A stretch of DNA of 64,000 nt from Alphaproteobacteria bacterium (GTDB lineage: Bacteria; Pseudomonadota; Alphaproteobacteria; MPNO01; UBA830): assembly GCA_965243135.1 (NCBI GenBank), contig OZ251539.1, positions 2,689,812 to 2,753,811 of the forward strand, in the 5' to 3' direction. Shown here piece by piece: positions 57,241 to 64,000 of this stretch; the stretch's first letter is position 1; the number at the start of each line of letters is the position of its first letter. The position numbers were made by a program, and so were the translations under genes. Below the pieces are notes generated by a model. That model was given only the letters and a program-made list of their open reading frames with translations. It had not been told where the DNA came from and did not search any database.

Positions 57241-58681
57241 CGGACGTTCGGAGGAAAGCGCGTCCGGGCGGACGGCATAAGGCGGCGGAATTCGCCGTTG
57301 CGGAAAGGCTTTCGGCTTCAGGCGGCCTCGCAACCCGCCGACGTCGCGCTCCGCCGCCGGCGCGGGTCGCCGTGTCCGCGCAGCCCGGCCTTGCCATCCT
57401 CGCGAGCCTCCCCTCTCGTCCCGATCCTCGTCGCAAATCACCGCCCGGCGCAGCGCAACGACCCGCTTACCCAAGCTCGAAATCGGCGAACGCCCCCCCG
57501 TTCGGCCCCTTCCTTGACGAAAGCTGTCCCCGAACGCCTTGGCGGTCGCGGCCCCTTTCTCGACGATGGACGCGAAAGCTCGCACCGCTTCGGCGGCCAC
57601 CGGGGAGAACTTCGACAGGGACAAACCGTTCGAAGATCGCGAGACTGACATGAGTTGCGGTTTGGAGCCAACATTCCGCCGCGCGCCAGGAGCATTCTTT
57701 TTTCGTCCTCCGGCCCCGCGTCAAAGCCCGGAACGGCGTTTTGCCACGAAATCGCTGGCCTTGAAGCGTCGCAGCCCGCACTCGAGTTGAAAATCAATAG
57801 TTGTTTCCGGTTTGGCAATACAAGCGCTCGCTACCCGGGGGACGAAAAAATTTCGTCCGGGACCGGACACGGGATCCTTCGCCCCTCATGCCGGATTTTT
57901 GCTGCGACCGACGGACGAAGGGCTTTGCCGCCGGCAACGGCTCTCCGGCGGCGGGACGAGACGTTGCGGCAACGGGACGAGGCGCGCCAAGAGGCGTCGC
58001 GCGTAGGCAAGTCGGCAGACGACGTTCCCAAAAACGCGACGCGTGCGGGCCGAGGCGGCGCGCAACGAGCCGAAACGCCTGAAGTCGGCCTCTTCGGCGA
58101 ACGAGCTTGTGCGGGCCGCCCATGGCGAAGCCGAGGGAGCGCCTCGACGAACGCGGCAACGCCCGCGGCGCGCAAGCTTGACAAGAGCGGGCGCGCCCGA
58201 CGCGCGGGAGAGCGGCGCGGAACGAAAAGCCCGGCGGGGGCGGCAGCCCGGGTCGTCGTCGCGCGGACGCGCTTGCCGGGCTCCTGGGGAACGCCGCCGT
58301 CCGCGGCGGGCCTTTCCGCGAGGGCGGCCGCGGTTTCTGTCGCAAGCGAGAGCGGCCGCGGCCAGAGCGACGCGGCGCAAGCGCCGCCATGACCGGAGAA
58401 GCAGCGAGAACCAGGTCCCGGCGCGGTACAGCGAGGACAGCCGCACGCCGGGGCGATGAGATGCGGCGGCAGAACGGCCAACCCAGCCGTCGTTCCGGAG
58501 ACCGAGAGGATCCCCGCCGCACCCGCCGGCTGCAGGCCTCGCACGGAAGCGAAAGCGCGAAGCGGTTTGCAGAGCATGGACTTTTTGGGCATATCCTTGT
58601 CGAACGAGTCAACATTCCCGATACGAAGTTGCCTTTGACAAGAAGTTCCGTCCGGCGGCGGCACGCGAAGAAAGTTCGGCC

Positions 58682-59545
58682 ATGACAGGCGAGTTGCGGG
58701 CGGCGCGCGGCGATGCAAGCGGAGGTCCGGCGGCCTACGGCGGGACGGAAGCCGTTCCGTCGCAGGCCGCGCTGGCGTTCGCCGACATCGTCGACGGCGC
58801 GCGCGCATGGCATCTGTGGAGCATGCTCGGCTGGCAGGACATACGCCAGCGCTACCGCCGCTCGAAGCTCGGGCCTTTCTGGCTCACCATCAGCATGGGC
58901 GCGCTGGTAGGCGGTCTCGGCGTATTGTACGCTGGGTTGTTCAAGGTCGAGGTCGCGGACTATTTGCCCTTCATTGCGGTCGGTTTCATCGTCTGGAGTT
59001 TGATTTCCGGGCTTATCGTCGAGGGTTGCGACGCGTTCATCCGCGCCGAGAGCATCATAAAGCAGGTCGGGCTGCCCTTGTCGGTGCACGTGTACCGGGT
59101 GGTGTGGCGGAGCGCGATCATCTTCGCCCACAACGCCGTCATTTACGTCGTCGTCGCGGTCATTTTCTCCATCCGGCCGGGCTGGACTTGTCTTCTCGCT
59201 CTTCCGGGACTTGCGCTGGTGTGCCTGAACGGCGTCTGGCTGGGGCTGCTGTTCGGCCTTGTGTCGGCCCGCTTCCGCGACGTTCCGCAGATCGTGGCCA
59301 GCGTCGTTCAGATCGCCTTCTTTCTTACGCCGATCATCTGGAAGCCCGAACTGCTGCCCGGCCGCGCGCTCGTGCTGGACGCCAATCCGTTCTACCACTT
59401 CCTGGAGTTGGTGCGGGGGCCGGCGCTGGGGCAGGCGCCGGAACCCATCTCCTGGATCGCGGTTCTGGGCATCACCGTCTGCGGTTGGGCGGCGACGCTG
59501 GCCATGTACCGCGCCTACCGCTGGCGGGTCGCGTATTGGGTATGA
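58682..59545 (+). CDS. ABC-2 type polysaccharide/O-antigen export permease (Wzm/KpsM-like)
   Basis: 287-aa polytopic ORF: WQDIRQRYRRSKLGPFWLTISM... Its stop overlaps the ATG of the ATPase gene (ATGA). Confidence 0.85.
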   Translation: MTGELRAARGDASGGPAAYGGTEAVPSQAALAFADIVDGARAWHLWSMLGWQDIRQRYRRSKLGPFWLTISMGALVGGLGVLYAGLFKVEVADYLPFIAVGFIVWSLISGLIVEGCDAFIRAESIIKQVGLPLSVHVYRVVWRSAIIFAHNAVIYVVVAVIFSIRPGWTCLLALPGLALVCLNGVWLGLLFGLVSARFRDVPQIVASVVQIAFFLTPIIWKPELLPGRALVLDANPFYHFLELVRGPALGQAPEPISWIAVLGITVCGWAATLAMYRAYRWRVAYWV

Positions 59546-60306
59546 ACGCCGAAATCAGCCTCCGGCTCGACGCCGTGACCGTGGATTTTCCCGTTTACGG
59601 CGCGGACAGCCGCTCGCTCAAGAACAATCTCCTGCGCCGGAGCACGGGCGGGCGGATAGGTCGGGACGCCGCGCAGCGGCTTTCGGTGCGCGCTCTCGAA
59701 GACGTGAAGTTCGCGCTTGCTCACGGCGACCGCGTCGGGCTGGTCGGCGCGAACGGCGCGGGCAAGACGACGCTGCTACGGGTGCTCGCGGGAGTCTATC
59801 AGCCGACGTTGGGGCGCGTGGACCGCCGGGGACGAGTGGCCGCGCTGTTCAATCTGTCGCTCGGCATCGATCCTTATTCGACGGGATACGAGAACATCAC
59901 GGCGCGCGGAATGTTCCTCGGGCTCATGCCCTCGGAAATCCGCGAGCGGACCGCCGAGATAGCGGAGTTCACCGAGCTCGGCGACTATCTGGCGATGCCG
60001 GTGCACACCTACTCGACCGGCATGCAGTTGCGACTGGCGTTTGCGGTGTGCACCTGCATCAAGCCCGAGATTCTGCTGATGGACGAGTGGATCGGGGTGG
60101 GCGACGCGGCCTTCGTCAAGAAGGCGGAGCGGCGGCTGGAAGAATTCGTGGGGCGGGCGGGGATCCTCGTGCTGGCTTCGCACAACGCCGCCTTGCTCGA
60201 GCGCGTCTGCACAAGGGGTATACTGTTGGAAGCTGGACGGGTGCAGGCGTTTGGACCTATCGACGAGGTGCTGCGGGATTTCAGAGCGGGGATTCGTCAG
60301 TCCTAG
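59542..60306 (+). CDS. polysaccharide/O-antigen export ABC transporter ATP-binding protein (Wzt/KpsT-like)
   Basis: 254 aa with Walker A GANGAGKTTLL, signature YSTGMQLRL and Walker B ILLMDEW. It is the tail of track ORF 58807..60306. Confidence 0.9.
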   Translation: MNAEISLRLDAVTVDFPVYGADSRSLKNNLLRRSTGGRIGRDAAQRLSVRALEDVKFALAHGDRVGLVGANGAGKTTLLRVLAGVYQPTLGRVDRRGRVAALFNLSLGIDPYSTGYENITARGMFLGLMPSEIRERTAEIAEFTELGDYLAMPVHTYSTGMQLRLAFAVCTCIKPEILLMDEWIGVGDAAFVKKAERRLEEFVGRAGILVLASHNAALLERVCTRGILLEAGRVQAFGPIDEVLRDFRAGIRQS

Positions 60307-60329
60307 CCCGGATATCTCACCACAACTGG

Positions 60330-61880
60330 TTGCCTCCGATTCGCAGTATATAAAATCAAGCTACTATACGACCTGCGAAAGGAAACCCCACAGACTGTAA
60401 ACCGTTGCAACTTGAGTTTCAACGCCTCGGAAGCCGCGGGTGTACGTCAATTTCTTGAGATTTGCATTGACGCCAAGGAGGGCCTAGATTTTCTGTATGT
60501 ACTAATGCGCCATGTCCACGTCCCAAGACTTGGAAACCCTTCTGCAACATCGCGCCGACGTTCTCCGTCAGTTGTCCGAAGATCTTCGCCAAGGATCCCT
60601 CACCGCCCAATACCGCAAGCAAACCCGGTTGCCATTGCGCAGAGGGACCGGGGCATGGGCCGTACCTTCAACTGACCCGAAAGGTGAAGGGCAAGACGCG
60701 ATGCAGGTCCGCTGCCGCGGAAGTCGTGGGCAGGAGTACAAGCAGTTTCGCGAGCTGGTCCAGCAATTGGTAAGCGCATGCGATGCGCGATTGGACCGTT
60801 CTCGCGGCGACGAAGTAAAAAAAGCCTTCGAGGCCGTCGTCGCGGCGGAAGCGTCGTCCGAGATAAACCGCCTGGTCGGGGACGGTGTGACGGACGACAT
60901 GGAGGCTGTCGAAACCGCGGCGAAGCGAGCGGAGATCGGCGCCCGTGCCGTCGCCAAGCGGTTCAACCATTCCGACCACGTTGGACATCGCATGCGCGTC
61001 GTGTGGAGGAGAAGCCCACGGGCCGGCGCCCGAAAACCTTCACAACGGCGTTGGACGAAGTTCGACCGGACATACTACCGCTGCAACGCTTGCAACACCG
61101 GGATCTGCCCACGGGACCGGGCGATGGAAAAAACCTCCCCCGCCGCCACGCGCATGGTCGGGTTCGCAGCTTCGCAATGGCCAGTAGGAAGGAGTTGGCG
61201 GGGCTGAAGGTCGACCCCAAGATGGTCGAACGCGCCGCCGAGGCTCTCGGCACCGAAGAGGATGAACGCCAGAGGGTCGAGGTCGAACCGCCGTCCGGGC
61301 CGACCATGTATGTCGGCATGGACGGCACCGGGGTGCCGGCCAGGCAAGCAACCGGACGGTTCTTCCAAGACTCGCGAGGCCAAACTCGTCACCGTGTGGA
61401 CGGCCGAAAAACAAAACGAAGGGACACCCGAACAGGGTTCGGCTCCGTCGGCATCGCCGCTACCACCGACAAGGAACTGTCGCCTTTCGCTCAACGAGTC
61501 GAGCGCGAAGCGCGCCGTCGCGGCTTCCACGACGCCGAGCGACGCGTGGTCCTGGGGGGCGCTCTGGGAACATCGCCGACGAACTGTTCCCCGACGCCAC
61601 CCTTGTTCCATGCGAAACAGCACCTGTGGAGCAGGGCGAAGGAGATCTACGGTGACGGAGATCTTGCGGAAGCATGGGCAAAAAAGCAGTGCGACGCCCT
61701 CGAAGACGGTCAGGTCGACAAGGTCATCGCGGCTCTCCGCAAGCACGGCGCCGCAGGCTACCTGGAACGGAACCGCGCGCGCATGCAGTACGCAAAGTTC
61801 CGTGCGCAGGGTTTGTCCTCCGGCGTCGTCGAGGCCGGTTGCAAGAGAACGGTCGGCAACCGTCTGAAACGGGGGCGGTG
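60330..61880 (+). mobile_element. decayed ISKra4-family insertion sequence remnant (DUF6788-like ORF plus multiply frameshifted transposase)
   Basis: A lower-GC left edge is followed by three elements. First is a small-protein region (MSTSQDLETLL...GSLTAQYRK, then in another frame KPGCHCAEGPGHGPYLQLTRKVKGKT). Second are transposase blocks scattered over three frames: CASCGGEA, YYRCNACNTGICPRD, MYVGMDGTGVP, GKQPDGSSKTREAKLVTVWTAE, REARRRGF, LFHAKQHLW, MQYAKFRAQGL, GVVEAGCKRTVGNRLKRG.WTVRGAN. Family assignment is from memory of ISKra4 transposase motifs. Terminal inverted repeats were not identified. Confidence 0.55.
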
Positions 61881-62505
61881 GACCGTTCGCGGCGCGAACA
61901 GCCGCTCGCTCAAGAACAAACTCCCGCGCCGGAGCACGGGCGGGCAGCCGGAGCGCCGCGCGGCGGCTTTCGCCGCACGCGCTCGAAGACACGAAGTTCG
62001 CGCTTGCGCACGGCGACCGCGCTGATCGGCGCGAACGGCGCGAGCAAGACGACGACGCCGCTCGCGGGAATCTACCGGCCGGCTCCGGGGCACACGGACC
62101 GCCGGGGAAGGGCGGCCGCGCCGTTTACCGCTCGGCCCTTACGGGAAACGTCACGGCGTGCGGAATCTTCCTCGGGACCATGCCTCCGGAAATCCGCGAA
62201 CGAACTGCCGAGGAGTTCATCGAGCCCGGCGACTGCGAGGCCGGCGCACCGGTCCGCGACCGGCGTTCGCGGCGCGTGCCTGCGCCCGAGATTCCGCCGA
62301 TGGACGAGCGGGGTCGGCGACGCGGCCTTCGTCAAGAAGGCGGAGCGGCGGCTGGAGGAGGGGCGGGCGGGGCTCCTCGCGCCGGCTTCGCGCAACGCCG
62401 CCTCGCTTGAGCGGACCCGCGCAACGGGTATACTCTTGGCGGGCGGACGGGCGCGGGCGTTCGGACCTGAGGCGCCGCGGGACATCGGGGTTGCTTCAGT
62501 CCCAA
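61875..62505 (+). pseudogene. decayed partial duplicate of the ABC ATPase gene (59542..60306), lacking its first ~50 nt
   Basis: From ggcgcgaacagccgctcgctcaagaacaaactcc onward the DNA is collinear with 59597..60300 of the intact gene. It carries many substitutions and deletions (Walker A region gcgaacggcgcgagcaagacgacg; ...ttcgtcaagaaggcggagcggcggctgga...). No intact reading frame remains. Confidence 0.7.
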
Positions 62506-62686
62506 AGTTCCGGCATTTCTTCGAAGCCGTTCGTTTGCGTCTATGTCGAGACAGTCCATGCCTTTTGGAGAATCCAGGAAAGCGGCCGCCGCGTGCGCGG
62601 GCCTGCGCAAGGGCGGTCCGCGCGCCAAAGGGCCAATCTTCCCGTCAAGGGCAGGAAACTCACCGTCCTGCGGACGAGCCTGAAAG

Positions 62687-63706
62687 ATGAAGGTTTTGGT
62701 GACCGGCGCCGGCGGATACATCGGCACCACCCTTGTTCCCCGCTTGATCGCGGCAGACCACGACGTCAAGGCCGTGGACAGGTTCTTCTTCGGGCGGCAT
62801 CTCCTGCCGGAGGCGGAACGGCTTGAAATCCTGGCCGAAGACAACCGCAAGCTGACCCGCGAGCATTTCGAGGGCGTCGACGCGGTGATCGACCTCGCCG
62901 CCATCTCCAACGACCCGTCGGGCGAGTTGTTTCAGGAGGCGACCTGGGAGATCAACCGGGATTCGCGGGTGCGAAACGCCCGCATGGCCAAGGAAGCGGG
63001 CGCGCGCCGATACATTTTGCCGTCGTCGTGCAGCATCTACGGTTTTCAGGAAGAGGGCGTCGTCGCCGACGAAACCAGCGGCACGAATCCGCTTACCGTA
63101 TACGCCCGCGCCAACGAAATGGCGGAAAAGGGCGTGTTGCCGCTTGCCGACGAAGACTTTTGCGTGGTCGTGCTGCGTCAAGCGACGGTCTACGGCCTTT
63201 CGCCGCGCATGCGGTTCGACCTCGCCATCAACGGCATGACCTTCGGCGCCTGGAAGACGGGCCGGTTGCCGCTCATGCGCGACGGCGCGCAATGGCGGCC
63301 CATGGTCCACGTGCGCGATACGGCTCGCGCGCAGACGTTCATGCTCGAAGCCGACCCCGAGAAGGTGAACGGCCGGATTTTCAACGTCGGTTCCGCCGCC
63401 AACGTCTACCAGATCGGTCCGCTCGGCGAGCTGGTCGCCCGGCGCGTCCCAAGGAAAGTGGAGATCGAATGGTACGGCGACCCCGACCGGCGAAGCTACA
63501 GGGTCGCGTTCGATCGGATCGAAGCGCTCGGCTGGCGCGCCGAAGCGACCGCCGAGGACGGCGTCGCCGAGATCTGCGAGGCGCTGGAGGCGGGAACCGT
63601 CGACAAGACCGTGCAGACCGTGACTCTCGACTGGTACAAGGAGCTGGCGCGCTGGCATCGAGTCATCCGCGAGGTCGAGATGTACGGAGGCATCGTCGAG
63701 ATATGA
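62687..63706 (+). CDS. NAD-dependent epimerase/dehydratase (extended SDR)
   Basis: Full 339-aa ORF: MKVLVTGAGGYIGTTLV...SSCSIYG...YARANEMAEK (GxxGxxG and YxxxK). Confidence 0.85.
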   Translation: MKVLVTGAGGYIGTTLVPRLIAADHDVKAVDRFFFGRHLLPEAERLEILAEDNRKLTREHFEGVDAVIDLAAISNDPSGELFQEATWEINRDSRVRNARMAKEAGARRYILPSSCSIYGFQEEGVVADETSGTNPLTVYARANEMAEKGVLPLADEDFCVVVLRQATVYGLSPRMRFDLAINGMTFGAWKTGRLPLMRDGAQWRPMVHVRDTARAQTFMLEADPEKVNGRIFNVGSAANVYQIGPLGELVARRVPRKVEIEWYGDPDRRSYRVAFDRIEALGWRAEATAEDGVAEICEALEAGTVDKTVQTVTLDWYKELARWHRVIREVEMYGGIVEI

Positions 63707-64000
63707 AGGCGCTGCTGCTGGGGCCGAACGGGCAGTTCGGGCACGACATCCGGCGCGCTCACATGGAGGCCGGAGAGCCGTTCGAGCTCGCTCCGCTGGC
63801 GCGGGACCGACTCGACGCGTCGTCGCCGCGGGCGGTGGAACGCGCGCTCGGCGAGCTCGAGTTCGACGCTCTCGTCAATTGCACCGGATATCACAAGACG
63901 GACGAGGTCGAGGACAACGCCAACCTGGGCTTCAGCGTCAACGCGCATGCGGTGCATGCGATGGCGCGGGCGTGCGCCGCCGAGCGCGCCGTGTTCGTCC
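63703..64000 (+). CDS. dTDP-4-dehydrorhamnose reductase-like (RmlD-type SDR), 5' part; continues beyond window
   Basis: The ATG overlaps the upstream stop (ATGA). Own translation: MKALLLGPNGQFGHDIRRAH...DALVNCTGYHKTDEVEDNANLGFSVNAHAVHAMARACAAERAVFV. The frame is open to the window end. Confidence 0.65.
   Translation, partial: MKALLLGPNGQFGHDIRRAHMEAGEPFELAPLARDRLDASSPRAVERALGELEFDALVNCTGYHKTDEVEDNANLGFSVNAHAVHAMARACAAERAVFV

Noticed and set aside
57243-57268. A hairpin directly after accA (CGGACG..CGTCCG), considered as a terminator.
   Set aside because: It is a 6-bp stem with no following T-run, so it is not sufficient to call an intrinsic terminator.

Overview
This is a high-GC chromosomal segment. 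The gene order looks alphaproteobacterial (cobT-cobS-J protein-bolA, aroK-aroB, xerD-accA), but that is inference only. All calls rest on reading the sequence and the ORF track, plus motif memory. No database search, HMM search or GC calculation was run. Many long ORFs in the track are high-GC artefacts and were ignored.

Core genes present:
- TRAP transporter genes and tRNA-Arg(CCG)
- thrS-infC
- dapF-mtaB-ftsY
- rpmB
- cobT-cobS
- aroK-aroB
- xerD and accA
- a polysaccharide-export ABC pair with sugar-nucleotide enzymes
- a catabolic cluster with two tandem luciferase-like monooxygenase paralogs, hydrolases, a sulfatase and an acyl-CoA dehydrogenase

Four accessory features stand out:
1. An island at about 22.6-31 kb looks lower in GC. 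It carries a three-gene cassette ending in a frameshifted MBL-fold hydrolase, an orphan TRAP binding protein, and one 1120-aa gene. That gene fuses a Schlafen/AlbA_2 plus HATPase_c_4 module to a long-type prokaryotic Argonaute whose PIWI domain appears catalytically dead.
2. An ankyrin-Rpn (YhgA-like) fusion gene is followed by two or three tandem free-standing copies of its own C-terminal module.
3. An 11-repeat CRISPR array (28-nt repeat, 33-nt spacer, 61-bp period) has no cas genes in the window. It lies inside a second, decayed Rpn-family gene, and the repeat itself reads as in-frame Rpn coding sequence. This suggests the array arose within the gene.
4. A decayed ISKra4-like element is fused to a decayed partial duplicate of the neighbouring ABC ATPase gene.
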